From contig CBDCCZ010000054.1 in NCBI GenBank assembly GCA_965215005.1, forward strand, positions 224,001 through 288,000: a DNA stretch of 64,000 nt. The letters are read 5' to 3'. The stretch comes from Kofleriaceae bacterium. GTDB taxonomy: Bacteria > Myxococcota_A > Polyangia > Haliangiales > Haliangiaceae. Of this stretch, positions 10,973 to 21,676 are shown piece after piece. Numbering within the stretch: position 1 is the stretch's first letter; every line of letters begins with the position of its first letter. The position numbers and the translations under genes are program-made. The notes below the pieces were generated by a model. The model was not told where the DNA came from. It searched no databases and saw only the letters and a list, made by a program, of their open reading frames with translations.

Positions 10973-11770
10973 ATGGCTCGAAAGCGTCTGGGAGAGATAC
11001 TGATGGATGCGGGCGTGCTCGATGAAGCGAGCCTGCGCGCGGCGCTCCTCGAGCAGCGCCGCTGGGGGGGCCAGCTGGGGCGAATTCTGGTCGACATGAG
11101 CCTAATCGACGAGAAGACACTGGTCTCCGCCCTGAGCCATCAGCTCAACTTTCCCGTCGCGGATCTCTCGAAGTTGATCGATCCGCAGGTTCTCGATTTG
11201 GTGCCTGCCGAGCTGGCTGAGCAGAACTCGCTGGTGCCGTTCAATGTGCAGGGCAAGTTCCTCGATGTCGCCATGAGCGACCCGACCAACCTCGGTATCA
11301 TCGATGAGCTGCGCATTCGCACTCAGCTCAACGTTCGTCCCTACTTGGCTGGCCCCAAGGTCATCGAGCATGCCTTGGCCACCTACTACGGGCGCGGCGT
11401 GAGCCTCGATATCGGCATGTCGCGGCCCGGCACGCGGCCTCCAGAGGATGGGGTGCCGGAGCTCGACTTGGAGGCCACGTCACGGCCTGTGGCCGCAGAT
11501 CGGTCGTTCGTTTCGCGGTTGCCCACCTCGCCGCCCATCGAGCGCCAGCCTTCGGCTTCGGCGGCGCGGGCCGCCATGTTCGAGCTCGGACCTGCCGGAG
11601 CCAAGCCCGGTTCGTCGCAGCGAGACGCCGAGATCGCCGCGCTTCAGCAGCGCATCTCGAAGCTGGAGGCGCTGGTGAGTCGCGACGAAGACGTGCTGCG
11701 CAAGATTCTCAGCCTGCTGGTCGAGAAGGGCATTGCGAGCCGCGAGGAGATTCTCGAGCGCATCAAGTAA
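10973..11770 (+). CDS. MshEN/GspE N-terminal domain protein without ATPase (c-di-GMP receptor candidate)
   Basis: [26 protein letters not shown]...QLGRILVDM matches the MshEN motif; VAMSDPTN; coiled-coil C-terminus; no Walker A. Confidence 0.85.
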   Translation: MARKRLGEILMDAGVLDEASLRAALLEQRRWGGQLGRILVDMSLIDEKTLVSALSHQLNFPVADLSKLIDPQVLDLVPAELAEQNSLVPFNVQGKFLDVAMSDPTNLGIIDELRIRTQLNVRPYLAGPKVIEHALATYYGRGVSLDIGMSRPGTRPPEDGVPELDLEATSRPVAADRSFVSRLPTSPPIERQPSASAARAAMFELGPAGAKPGSSQRDAEIAALQQRISKLEALVSRDEDVLRKILSLLVEKGIASREEILERIK

Positions 11771-11791
11771 CCGCGATGGTTAGCGCTGGCG

Positions 11792-12874
11792 TTAGCCAAA
11801 CTGCAGCGAGCGCTCTAGCTCCTCGGGATTGGTCGAGGCATAGAGCGCCGCTTCGACAGCCACGACGCCGGCGTTCACCAGCTCGACGAGGTGCTGATCA
11901 AAGAGCTGCATGCTGTAGAGGTCGCGGCCCTTCTTGATGAGGTCGGCGATTTCTTGGGCGCGTCCGGGCGCGCGGATGCACTCGCGAATCGAGCGCGTCA
12001 CCCGCAGGATTTCAACCGCCGGGATGCGGCCGCGACCATCGACCGAGGTGACGAGGCGAAGGGAGATGACCGCCTGCAGCGCGTCGGCGAGGCGCTCGCG
12101 TACGATATCCTGCGCCTCGCTCTCGAACATCCCGACGTAGCGTTGAATGGTGGAGACCGCATCGGGGGTATGGATCGCGGAGAGCACCATGTGGCCGGTT
12201 TCTGCGGCCTTTAGGCAGGTTGCGGCGGTATCGCGATCGCGGATCTCGCCGACCATGATCACGTCGGGATCCTGGCGCAGCGCGGCGATGAGTGCATCTT
12301 TGAAGCTTTCGGTGTCGGTCCCCACCTCACGCTGAATGATCATGCACTTGCCCGGCTCGAACAGATATTCGATGGGATCTTCGACGGTGATGACATGGGC
12401 ATGGCGGCTCTCATTGATGTAGCGAATGATCGCCGCGATGGTGGTGGACTTGCCATTGCCGGTGGCGCCGGTGACCAGCACCAGGCCGCGGCGGGTATCG
12501 GCGATCTCGGCGATCACCGGCGGCAGGTTGAGCTCCTCGAGACTTTGCACGTCGACGGGAATGAGCCGCATCACGATGCCGACCGCACCGCGTTGCCGGA
12601 AGATCGACGCGCGAAACCGACCCCGGCCGGCGAGCTGATACGACACGTCGATCTCGCCGAAGGGACGCGTGAAGTCGGTTTGAATCGTGCGGTCGGCGAG
12701 GATGTGGCGCGCGATTGCTTCGGTGTCGCCGGCGGTCATCGGAGGCACTTTGATCGCTCCGAGCAGCTCGCCGTTGAGCCGGTAATGCGGCGGGTAGCCA
12801 ACCTCGAAGTGAATGTCAGAAACCCCGCGATCGATGCCGAAGGCGAGGAGCTTATGGAAGCTACGCTGATCCAT
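11792..12874 (-). CDS. pilT: PilT/PilU family type IV pilus retraction ATPase paralogue
   Basis: [17 protein letters not shown], Walker [49 protein letters not shown]. Confidence 0.9.
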   Translation of the reverse strand: MDQRSFHKLLAFGIDRGVSDIHFEVGYPPHYRLNGELLGAIKVPPMTAGDTEAIARHILADRTIQTDFTRPFGEIDVSYQLAGRGRFRASIFRQRGAVGIVMRLIPVDVQSLEELNLPPVIAEIADTRRGLVLVTGATGNGKSTTIAAIIRYINESRHAHVITVEDPIEYLFEPGKCMIIQREVGTDTESFKDALIAALRQDPDVIMVGEIRDRDTAATCLKAAETGHMVLSAIHTPDAVSTIQRYVGMFESEAQDIVRERLADALQAVISLRLVTSVDGRGRIPAVEILRVTRSIRECIRAPGRAQEIADLIKKGRDLYSMQLFDQHLVELVNAGVVAVEAALYASTNPEELERSLQFG

Positions 12875-12913
12875 GGATCGCTCCGGCGAGTCGTGCGGCG
12901 CCTGCGCTTCGCA

Positions 12914-15664
12914 TCATTTGCTGGGCTCGCCCGAGCCGGGATCGCCGACCTGCTCGTCGCGGAGGCTTCGAATCAGCGGTACCGCGTTGCTGATGCTCGA
13001 TTCCCCCAGGTCCTCTAGACGTAGCGGCTGCCACCGTTCCTCAGTCTGCGAGCGTACCCTTGGACGCGTGCGCTCGGCAAAATCGTCGTCGAGATTTTCA
13101 CTACCGAGCTCGCGGGTCGCCGCTCGCCGTGGCCCCGGTTCGCCGGGGAGCGCCAGCCTTGGCGGCTCATCGAGCCAAACTTGCCCCGAGCCCTCGGCGA
13201 GGGTGGTCGCAGCCGCGCGGTCATCGTCATCGTCATCGTCATCGTACGCGGGCGGCGCTGCGGTAGGCTGGTGCGGACCCTCGGCCAATGCGCGCACGGT
13301 GCGGCGCACCTCGGCGCGCAGTCGCGGAAACGGCGGGCCTGGCCGCGCCAAGAAGAACCCTTGCCCGTAGCGAACGCCAAGATCGTGGAGCACGAGCAGA
13401 TCGTCGGCGGTCTCGATCCCCTCGGCGATCATCACCGCATCGATGGCGTCAGCGATGCGCCCTAGCGACCGCAGCATCTCGCGTTTCACGGTCGAATGCG
13501 CTACGCCGCGGCTCAGAACATCACTGATTTTGATGAAGTGCGGTCGCAACGCCATCACGGTCTCTAGATTGGAGTGGCGCGTACCGACGTCATCGATGGC
13601 CACACCAAAGCCCATCGCGGTGTAGCGCGCCAGGGCTCGACGAAACATGGTGAAGTTATCGATGGCAAGACGCTCGGTGATCTCGAAGACGATGTTGGCT
13701 GGTGTGAGCGCGGCGGCGGCGAGCAGGTTGGAAATCTCATCTTGAATGAACGCGCTGTCGTAGAACGAAAGCGGCAGCAGGTTGACGAACAACCGGTGCA
13801 CGGGCTCTAGACCTGCCGCTCCGCGCAGCGCGCCGCGAAAGCATTCGCGGTCGAGCTCGAAGGTGAGGTCGACTTCGTCGGCAATGGCAAACAGCGTCGC
13901 AGGCGACTCCATGTTGGTTTGCCGGGGTCCCCGCGTCAGCGCTTCGTAACCGAAGATGGTGCTCGACTCGATGTGCACGATCGGTTGGTAAACCGGCGTG
14001 AGCTCCTCGCCCAGAATGATCTCCTGCAGGCGAGCCTTGTCGCGCTGCGCCGCGCGCTCGTGCGCGAGCTGAGCAGCTCCTTGCGCTTCTTTTATCAACC
14101 GTTCCACCAGCCGCTCGGGACGCGTCATCGAGTTGTTTAGTACCCGCGCATGGCCAACGGTGATGCGCGGCTCATCGCGGATCAGCTCGCGCACCAACGC
14201 AGACAGCGCTGCGTTGATGGCTTCGGCAACGCGGAGCGCGATCTTTTCGAGATCGAAGAGCTCCGCACGCGGCTGCCGGCGCGGCGGCGACAACACGCAG
14301 ACGTAGCCGTCATCATCGTTGGTTCGGCAGATGAGGTCGCCGGTCCGCAGATGCGCTCCGCGCATTCCATCGAGCACCTCGCCAGCGCGATCATAGACTT
14401 CGGCGTGCTGCGCCACGCCGAGCTCGAGCTCGAGCCGGCGCAGCCGCGACAGATCGACATAGAGGCAGTTGATGGCGCGATCACGACGCAGCATGGCGAC
14501 AATCTCGCCGAGCTGTTCATGATAGGTGCGGAAGCGGTCATTTCCGGGCATAGACGGCGGCGTCGGCGCGGGGGCAGCTTCGCCGCTGTTGCTTGCCTCG
14601 CTGTCCTCTGAACGCTGCACGAATACATGAACACAGTTGCGCCCGCTAGCCTTGGCTTCACCCAGCGCTGCGACGGCACGAAGGACCAGCTCTTCTGGCT
14701 GTGCCGCGTCTTCGGGGAACTCGGAGACACCAAAGCTGATCGTTAGGCTGCTGCCGCCTGGCGCTTCACAGCCGGCGATGGCCTCGCGCAGCCGCTCTGC
14801 TTCGGCGGCAGCATCCGGCTTGTTCGTTTCTGGTAACAGCACGGCGAACGTGTCCCCGCCATACCGGGCGGCGATGTCGCTATCGCGCGCCGATTGGTCT
14901 CGCTGCTGCAGCGCGGCGGCAGCGCGCTGCAAGAGCTCATCGCCGCGCCGATAGCCCACCGCCTCATTGACCTGCCCGAATCGATCGATGTTGCCAACCA
15001 GCAGGCTCATCGGTAGCCCGTAGCGCTTCGACCGGACTAGCTCTTCGCTCAGTCGCTCTCGAAACGCGCAATGGTTGTAGAGGCCGGTGAGCGGATCTCT
15101 GTAGGCGCGCGCTTCGAGGTCGCGATTGATGCGCTCGAGCTCACTGCTCGCTGTGAGCAGCTCGCGGCCGCGTTCGTCGAGGCTGCGGACGAGTAGTCGT
15201 TCCTTGGCGAACAGCTCGTCGTTGGCGCGCCGTAAATCGCCCAGGAGCGCGCGATTTTCCCGTTCTAACACGTGGCTATGAACCAGCTGCTCGACCACCT
15301 GTTGCAGCTCAGCGTGCTTCCAGGGCTTCTTGATGACGTAATGGATGTTTCCGGCATTGACCGCCTCGATGACGTTATCGACATCGGCGTAGCCGGTAAT
15401 GAGAACTCGCTTGGCCCTTGGCTGGTGACGAATCGACCGCTGCAGGAGCTCAGCGCCGTTCATTTGCGGCATGCGATAGTCGGAGATGATCAGCGCGAGA
15501 TCCTCCAGTTCCGCGAGCATCTGCAATGCTTGCTCGGGCGCTGATGCAGTGATGATCTCATAGCGGCGGCGCAGAACCCGGGTGAGCAGCTCGAGGTTCA
15601 TGCGCTCGTCATCTACGGCGAGGACTCGAGCGCGCTCCTGAGGTCGTGTTCGGTCCGCCGCCAT
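12914..15664 (-). CDS. Response regulator with degenerate GGDEF domain(s) and an EAL domain
   Basis: REC (LAVDDE...IISDYRMP), DPLTGLYN...RDSDIAARYGGDTF, EAL motifs EALTRG, FVNL, FEITE, IDDVGT, IKI, AEGIET, GQGFF. Confidence 0.92.
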   Translation of the reverse strand: MAADRTRPQERARVLAVDDERMNLELLTRVLRRRYEIITASAPEQALQMLAELEDLALIISDYRMPQMNGAELLQRSIRHQPRAKRVLITGYADVDNVIEAVNAGNIHYVIKKPWKHAELQQVVEQLVHSHVLERENRALLGDLRRANDELFAKERLLVRSLDERGRELLTASSELERINRDLEARAYRDPLTGLYNHCAFRERLSEELVRSKRYGLPMSLLVGNIDRFGQVNEAVGYRRGDELLQRAAAALQQRDQSARDSDIAARYGGDTFAVLLPETNKPDAAAEAERLREAIAGCEAPGGSSLTISFGVSEFPEDAAQPEELVLRAVAALGEAKASGRNCVHVFVQRSEDSEASNSGEAAPAPTPPSMPGNDRFRTYHEQLGEIVAMLRRDRAINCLYVDLSRLRRLELELGVAQHAEVYDRAGEVLDGMRGAHLRTGDLICRTNDDDGYVCVLSPPRRQPRAELFDLEKIALRVAEAINAALSALVRELIRDEPRITVGHARVLNNSMTRPERLVERLIKEAQGAAQLAHERAAQRDKARLQEIILGEELTPVYQPIVHIESSTIFGYEALTRGPRQTNMESPATLFAIADEVDLTFELDRECFRGALRGAAGLEPVHRLFVNLLPLSFYDSAFIQDEISNLLAAAALTPANIVFEITERLAIDNFTMFRRALARYTAMGFGVAIDDVGTRHSNLETVMALRPHFIKISDVLSRGVAHSTVKREMLRSLGRIADAIDAVMIAEGIETADDLLVLHDLGVRYGQGFFLARPGPPFPRLRAEVRRTVRALAEGPHQPTAAPPAYDDDDDDDDRAAATTLAEGSGQVWLDEPPRLALPGEPGPRRAATRELGSENLDDDFAERTRPRVRSQTEERWQPLRLEDLGESSISNAVPLIRSLRDEQVGDPGSGEPSK

Positions 15665-15888
15665 CGCTAGTGCGAGTCTAGCGAACGCGCGATGGCGCTA
15701 GAAAGCTACCGATGTAAGCAGCCCTGAGTGGTCCGCGCACCGTCGGCGCGACTTTCATAGCGTTAGGCGGCGCGCCGAAGTTTCTGTTACTGTTGAGCTC
15801 GCTCAGAGGGAGCGGGGAGTGACGAGGAGACGGCAACATGCCGGCTTTTCGCGGTCCTCCTGAGCCAAACGCCAGCAGCGGGAGACGA

Positions 15889-16884
15889 ATGCGAGGCAAG
15901 CGCATACTGTTTTTCGATCCGGACCCAGGTGCACGGCGCATCGCGGAGCGCGCGCTCATCGCGACTGGTTCCGAGGTTGAATCGGCTCGCGATCCCGAGC
16001 ACTTGCTCTCGCTCGTGGAGCACAACGGTTGGGACCTCATGATGATCAACTTCGACCCGCCGTTGCGCGACGATCCTCGCTGGGTCGAAACCTTCAACAC
16101 GATCGAGCAGCGCTGGCCACGCACGAAGCTCGTGCTGCACGCCACCGCCTCGACCGAGGACTATTTGCCGCTGATGAAGCAACGCAGCTTCGTGCGCAAC
16201 ATGATCGCCAAGAACGATGATCCGCTCGAGCCCGACGAGCTCATCATCACCGCCGAGAAGCTGTTACGACAAGACCTGTTCGGGCTGCAGAAGTATCTGC
16301 TCTGGGGCGTCGAGCCCTACTGCGTGCGCATCAAAGACTCGCGGCTCAAGCAGGATTACATCAACGAAGTTGCTCGCTACGCGGCTCAGCTGGGTTGCAA
16401 CAGCCGTACAGTAGAGATGGTCGAGACCATCGTCGACGAGCTGGTGACCAACGCTATCTACAATGCGCCCCGCGATGCCGAAGGCAATGCGAAGTACGCC
16501 AAGATGTCGCGCCGCGACGCGGTGGTGCTCGAAGAGCGCGAGGAGGCCGAGCTGCAGTTTGCGTGCGACGGCGAGTTCATCGCGGTGGCGCAGATCGATC
16601 CTTTTGGCTCGCTGCGACAGGAGACCGTCGTTGGGTATCTCAATCGCTGCCTCGTAAAAGGCCCCGAGCAGTTCTCTGAAGCATCCGGTGGGGCCGGCAT
16701 TGGCTTGTTTCGGGTGTTCCAGTCGCTATCGAAGTTCGTCATCAATATCGATCCTGGCAAGAAGACCGAGGTGATCAGCCTGGTCGACTTGCGGCTCAGC
16801 ATGAAACGCTTCCGCCAGGCAGCGAAGTCATTTCACATCTTCGTCGCAGAGAGCGATGCAGCGACGGCACCTCTCACCCGATAG
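15889..16884 (+). CDS. Pseudo-receiver plus RsbW-like HATPase (anti-sigma/serine kinase-like) protein
   Basis: RILFFDPD...DLMMINFD (phosphoacceptor position appears to be N); [24 protein letters not shown]. Confidence 0.75.
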   Translation: MRGKRILFFDPDPGARRIAERALIATGSEVESARDPEHLLSLVEHNGWDLMMINFDPPLRDDPRWVETFNTIEQRWPRTKLVLHATASTEDYLPLMKQRSFVRNMIAKNDDPLEPDELIITAEKLLRQDLFGLQKYLLWGVEPYCVRIKDSRLKQDYINEVARYAAQLGCNSRTVEMVETIVDELVTNAIYNAPRDAEGNAKYAKMSRRDAVVLEEREEAELQFACDGEFIAVAQIDPFGSLRQETVVGYLNRCLVKGPEQFSEASGGAGIGLFRVFQSLSKFVINIDPGKKTEVISLVDLRLSMKRFRQAAKSFHIFVAESDAATAPLTR

Positions 16885-16892
16885 GTTCTCCG

Positions 16893-17396
16893 ATGCCCAG
16901 CACAACGAACTTTCAGATCGAGGTCCGGGATAGCGGCGGCAAACAGACCTTCTTCATTTCGGGTGTGATCGATGAGAACTCCGACCTCAGTCCGCTCCAG
17001 CGGCTCACCGCAGCGGAGGTCGAGCTCAACATGCGAGGCGTGCGCCGTATCAACTCGTTTGGGGTTCGCGCGTGGGTAGACGTGATTCGCAGCGTCCCGT
17101 CGACCACGCATTTGGTGTTCGTCGAGTGTCCGTCTCCAGTCATCGATCAGTGCAACATGGTGGGTGGGTTTCTCGGCCACGGCGCGCTGCGTTCGTTCTA
17201 TGCGCCGCTCATTTGTGAGGAGTGTGATGAGCAGGTCGACCAGCTGTTCGCGACGCAGGTGTGTCGCGAGCTCGGCGGAAAATTGCCAGCGGTACCCTGC
17301 GATCGATGCGGCGAGCCGATGGAGGTCGATGACCTCGAAGAGCAATATCTTTTATTCCTCCGGGAGGAAGTGAAGTCGCTCGAGCCCGCGCCGTAG
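16893..17396 (+). CDS. STAS-like (anti-anti-sigma) domain protein with a C-terminal Zn ribbon
   Basis: FISGVIDE...LNMRGVRRINSFGVRAW (STAS serine motif); CEEC...CDRC. Confidence 0.72.
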   Translation: MPSTTNFQIEVRDSGGKQTFFISGVIDENSDLSPLQRLTAAEVELNMRGVRRINSFGVRAWVDVIRSVPSTTHLVFVECPSPVIDQCNMVGGFLGHGALRSFYAPLICEECDEQVDQLFATQVCRELGGKLPAVPCDRCGEPMEVDDLEEQYLLFLREEVKSLEPAP

Positions 17397-17411
17397 GCGG
17401 CGACGAATTTA

Positions 17412-18581
17412 CTAAAAGCCCAGCAGCGCCGTTCCCGACAGTCGCTCGAACAGCCAGATCATTCCGAGCACTGCGAGCACGAGCGAGCCACTGATCACGA
17501 TCCAGCGATGATATGCGCGCGGCGCGCGGCGGGCGCAGGCAATCAGCAGCGGCAGGACCACGAGCACGATGCAGAGCTGGCCAAGCTCGACCCCGAGGTT
17601 AAAGGCCAGGAGCGGAACCAGGACGTCGTCGGGCGGCAACATGACTTCGAGCATCGAGGCAAAGCCGACACCGTGAATCAAGCCGAGACCAAACGTGAGT
17701 AGCCAACGACTCGAGGCGTTTGGACGCCAGAGGTTCTCGATCGCCACGTAGACGATAGAAAGCGCGATGGCGCTCTCGACGAGCATGCTCGGCAGCCGAA
17801 TCCACCCGAGCGAGGCGGCGATGAGGGTGAGGGAGTGCGCGACGGTAAACGAGGTGACGATCGCGAGAGTGTCGGACAGCGCGGCGCGCAGGCTTCTCGA
17901 GCGCCAACGATGCTCGCGCCGCTCGACCGTGATGCCGACGAGCAGCGCGAGCAGGAACGCCAGGTGATCGAAGCCGAGGACGATGTGCAAAACGCCGCTC
18001 TTCACGAACCCCGCAAAGAAGCGCGGCGGTGGGCTGCCGAGCTCCCAAACGAAGCGCGCGTGACCATCGGTTAGCTCGGCCACGGCAGGCTCATGCCCAG
18101 GTACCGTTACCTGCAGCACCGCCGTGTGGCTCGGGTCGAGATCAAAGAAGAGCTGCTGCTCGATCACGAGGATCTCGATCGGCTCCGGGCAAGCGGCCGT
18201 CCAGCTGAGCTCGACGAGTGGGCCGTCGATGAAGATCGCTTGGTGCGGTGTGAGCGGGCAAGGCAGCTCGCCGTTCTGAATGACGATATGTTCGCTCGCA
18301 TAGCGCAGCGCTTCCATCTCGCGTTGCGCTAAAACGGCCTCGGTGAGCTCGCTATCACCGAGCTCCAGCGCGATGGCGAGCTCGCCAGGACTTACCAGGA
18401 CCCGATAGGAAACGCTGCGGCGATCCGCTGCGACGTCGGCGGTTGCGTGAGTGGCCGCGATTTCATGGGCCTCTGTCGAGCTTGCGCCCAGCAGGATGGC
18501 AACGGCGATGAGCATCGGCGCCCGAGATGCGAAGAACACGGCCGGCAATCCTGCAGAGCGCAACAACGCGATTGAGCGCAT
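17412..18581 (-). CDS. HupE/UreJ family membrane protein
   Basis: GVLHIVLGFDHLAFL, TSFTVAHSLTL, VESAIALSI, GLIHGVGFA, FNLGVELGQ; start uncertain. Confidence 0.88.
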   Translation of the reverse strand: MRSIALLRSAGLPAVFFASRAPMLIAVAILLGASSTEAHEIAATHATADVAADRRSVSYRVLVSPGELAIALELGDSELTEAVLAQREMEALRYASEHIVIQNGELPCPLTPHQAIFIDGPLVELSWTAACPEPIEILVIEQQLFFDLDPSHTAVLQVTVPGHEPAVAELTDGHARFVWELGSPPPRFFAGFVKSGVLHIVLGFDHLAFLLALLVGITVERREHRWRSRSLRAALSDTLAIVTSFTVAHSLTLIAASLGWIRLPSMLVESAIALSIVYVAIENLWRPNASSRWLLTFGLGLIHGVGFASMLEVMLPPDDVLVPLLAFNLGVELGQLCIVLVVLPLLIACARRAPRAYHRWIVISGSLVLAVLGMIWLFERLSGTALLGF

Positions 18582-18627
18582 CCCGCCAGCGTATCTGCTT
18601 TGCCGAGCTTGGTGTATCTTTGGCGCG

Positions 18628-20067
18628 ATGAGCGAGAAACCCGTGGTAGTAATCCTCGCCGCCGGTCTCGGTACCAGGATGAAGAGCGAGACCGCCAAGG
18701 TCTTGCATGAGGTCGCCGGCCGACCGTTGATTCATTGGGCGGTCGAAACCGCGCGCGAAGCGGGTGCGGAACGCGTGGTCGCAATCCTTGGTCATCAGCA
18801 TGAGTTGGTGAAGCAGTCGCTAGATGCGCGCTACGGCAACGACTCGATCACCATCGCCCTGCAGCTCGAGCAAAACGGCACCGGTCATGCGGTGCAGTGC
18901 GCATTGCCGGCTTTGCAGGGTGAGCCCGATGATCGCATCGTCGTTATCCTCACCGGTGACGCACCCTTGCTCCGTGCGGAGCGCGTTCGGGAGCTCGTGC
19001 AGGCATGCGCGGGGGCGCAATCGGGGCTGGCGCTGCTCTCGACGCATCCTTCGCGACAAGTTGCCTACGGGCGCCTCGTTCGCGACGAGCACGGTCGGCT
19101 GCTGCGGATCGTCGAGCACAAAGATGCGACCGCCGAGCAGCGGGAGATCGCCGAGATGAACGCCGGCTTCTATGCGGTGCGCCTCGGCCACTTACGAGCC
19201 GACCTCGCCACCCTCGATGCCAACAATGCGCAAGGCGAGCTGTATTTGACCGACCTTGCGGCAAACGCGGCCGAGCGCGGCGGTGCGGCGGTCGCCGATG
19301 CCCCCTTCGAAGAAGTCTCGGGAATCAATGATCGGATCGATCTCGCCGAGGTGAGCCGCGTGGCCCGCGCGCGGATCAACGCCGCGTGGATGCGCGAAGG
19401 CGTCACCATGGTCGATCCCACTTCCTGCTTCATCGATGCCGACGTCGGTCCGATCGGTCGAGACACGTGGCTAGGCCCCGGCGTCCATCTGCGCGGAGCC
19501 ACCAGTATCGGTGAGGGCGCGCGCATCGACGTCGGTTGCGTGCTCACCGATGCCGAGCTCGATGCTGGCGTCTATCTCAAGCCCTACAGCGTGCTATCAG
19601 AAGCAAGCCTCGGCCCGAATGCCGAGGTGGGCCCCTTTAGCCACTGTCGTCCCGGCACCCGCCTCGATGAGAACGCCAAGCTCGGCAACTTTGTCGAGAC
19701 CAAGAAGACCCACCTCATGGCGGGCGCCAAGGCCAATCATCTGGCCTATCTCGGAGATGCCTCGGTCGGCGCTAGAGCCAACATCGGCGCCGGAACCATC
19801 ACCTGCAACTACGACGGCTTTCACAAACATCGCACCAACATCGAAGCAGGTGCCTTCATCGGCTCTGACAGTCAGCTGGTCGCGCCGGTTACCATCGGCC
19901 GCGACGCGTATGTCGGCTCCGGCACCACCGTCACCCGCGATGTCCCGCGATCCGCGCTCGCGCTGTCGCGCGTCAAGCAGGTGAACGTCGATGGCTGGGC
20001 CGATCGCTTTCGCGAGGCGCAAGCCAAACGCGGCACGCGTCGCGACAAAGACGACGGCTCGACGTGA
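18628..20067 (+). CDS. glmU: Bifunctional UDP-N-acetylglucosamine pyrophosphorylase / glucosamine-1-phosphate N-acetyltransferase
   Basis: ILAAGLGTRMKS, GTGHAV, ELYLTD, GNFVETKK, HLAYLGD, NIGAGTITCNYDG. Confidence 0.97.
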   Translation: MSEKPVVVILAAGLGTRMKSETAKVLHEVAGRPLIHWAVETAREAGAERVVAILGHQHELVKQSLDARYGNDSITIALQLEQNGTGHAVQCALPALQGEPDDRIVVILTGDAPLLRAERVRELVQACAGAQSGLALLSTHPSRQVAYGRLVRDEHGRLLRIVEHKDATAEQREIAEMNAGFYAVRLGHLRADLATLDANNAQGELYLTDLAANAAERGGAAVADAPFEEVSGINDRIDLAEVSRVARARINAAWMREGVTMVDPTSCFIDADVGPIGRDTWLGPGVHLRGATSIGEGARIDVGCVLTDAELDAGVYLKPYSVLSEASLGPNAEVGPFSHCRPGTRLDENAKLGNFVETKKTHLMAGAKANHLAYLGDASVGARANIGAGTITCNYDGFHKHRTNIEAGAFIGSDSQLVAPVTIGRDAYVGSGTTVTRDVPRSALALSRVKQVNVDGWADRFREAQAKRGTRRDKDDGST

Positions 20068-21053
20068 ATCGAGCTGCCGCGGCAATATTGGCTATGGCAC
20101 TGTGCGCTGGGTGCCCCCCCGACGAGCGCAGCAAACGGGTTGCCGAGCCGCCTGCCGAGCCGAAGTCGATGGCCACACCGCTGCCGCCGGGCGACGCGGC
20201 AGGGCCAACGCCGGCGTGGATGGTGCTGCTGCCGCATGAGCCCGGCATGAGCGTCTTGCAAGTGAGCGCCGGACCGCTGGTGATGGCAGGCGTCGCGATC
20301 GTCGCTTCGAGCTCGATTGGGTTCGTCGGCGTGCGTGTTAGCGATGGCGAGGTGCTTTGGCGGCAACGCGGCGAGGAGCGGCCGGAAGCGCCCGAGCAAC
20401 ACGGCGAGCTGGCCTGGCTCATCGGCCAGTGCATCTATTTGGTGCCCGAGTTGCCGCCGCCGCCGGAGCGGGGCGTGCGCGGCTGCGTGACCATCGTCGA
20501 GCCGAAATCGGGCGCGATCGAGCTGCGGCAGTGGCTCGAGGGCGATCCGCCGGTGCCGCCGATGGGCCTGCCCACCACCGCAATCGAGCTCGACGGTAAA
20601 ACCGTGCGAGCGGCCGATGAGACGCTGCTGGTCGATGAGCGCCCGGTACAGCTTTCCGGCCGCTTCGCAACTGTGCCGGGCACGTTGGCGCCTGGGCCAC
20701 GCCCGCAAACTGTGATTGCAGTGGACCAACGCGGCGGTATCGGGCCCGTCATCGTCGATCTGTCCATCGCGTCCATCGTTCACGCCGGCGACCGCGTTCC
20801 AGCGGTGCAGGTGCTGTCCGCAGCGACCGGTGCTGCCGGCGACATGGCGCTGGCGTTGCGTCTCGATGGCTCGCTGATGAACGATGAGGTCGCCTACTTC
20901 GATGCCAAAGGTGCCTTGATTTGGCGCTGGCCGTTACCACGCCCGCAAAAGCCACGTCTCGAGCCGGTGGGGTTGGCGCTGGTGCCCGATGGGGTGGTGG
21001 TCTTTTGGGAAGGCAACCGCTTGGCCAAGCTACCCACGGTTGAAGGGTCCTGA
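20064..21053 (+). CDS. Hypothetical lipoprotein, possibly beta-propeller-like
   Basis: ALCAGC lipobox; GEVLWR and GALIWRW repeats; start overlaps the glmU stop. Confidence 0.65.
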   Translation: MNRAAAAILAMALCAGCPPDERSKRVAEPPAEPKSMATPLPPGDAAGPTPAWMVLLPHEPGMSVLQVSAGPLVMAGVAIVASSSIGFVGVRVSDGEVLWRQRGEERPEAPEQHGELAWLIGQCIYLVPELPPPPERGVRGCVTIVEPKSGAIELRQWLEGDPPVPPMGLPTTAIELDGKTVRAADETLLVDERPVQLSGRFATVPGTLAPGPRPQTVIAVDQRGGIGPVIVDLSIASIVHAGDRVPAVQVLSAATGAAGDMALALRLDGSLMNDEVAYFDAKGALIWRWPLPRPQKPRLEPVGLALVPDGVVVFWEGNRLAKLPTVEGS

Positions 21054-21222
21054 AAGCCGCCTCGCACGCCCTCACCGGGCTCTCGAGTGATGGAACCTCT
21101 ATCGAAGCAAATCAGGGGGTTACGCTCCATGGACATGCTTGACGGCCTTTGGCGCGGCGCGGTACAACGTCGGCGCCTGACCCACAGGTCACCCGTTTCA
21201 CAAACTCGCGAAGGACAGACGA

Positions 21223-21576
21223 ATGGCCAATATGCCCAAGGACGCACAGGAGCTCTTTGACGTACAGGTTCCCAAGGCGCTCCAGGAGCACCCGGACAAG
21301 GCGAAGGAAGTCAACGCCATCTACACGTTCAAGATCACGGGCGAGGGCGGCGGCGAGTGGACTTGCGACTTGACCGCAGACCCGCCGACCTGCGTCAAAG
21401 GTGAATCTGGCAACGCCCAGTGCACCATTGAAGTCGCTCACGACGACTTCAAGACCATGCTGTCGGATCCGCAGGCCGGAATGCAGCTCTATTTCCAGGG
21501 CAAGCTCAAGGTCTCTGGCGATCCAATGCTCGCCACGAAGCTGCAGCAGTTCTTCGATATGGCGGCTCAAGGCTAA
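21223..21576 (+). CDS. SCP2 sterol/lipid-binding domain protein
   Basis: YTFKITGEGGGEW...CTIEVAHDDF...MQLYFQGKLKVSGDPMLATKL; AGGA RBS upstream. Confidence 0.92.
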   Translation: MANMPKDAQELFDVQVPKALQEHPDKAKEVNAIYTFKITGEGGGEWTCDLTADPPTCVKGESGNAQCTIEVAHDDFKTMLSDPQAGMQLYFQGKLKVSGDPMLATKLQQFFDMAAQG

Positions 21577-21676
21577 GCGCATCGCTTCGCAGGCAACGCG
21601 AGACTGCGTTGCTCAGTGGCTACGCAACGGGTGGTTAGCGCGCTGCTGACCGCCCGTTTTTGCATCTGGAGTCGAT

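Noticed and set aside
13220..13245. (TCATCG)n microsatellite
   Set aside because: It encodes an in-frame poly-Asp stretch in a disordered tail.
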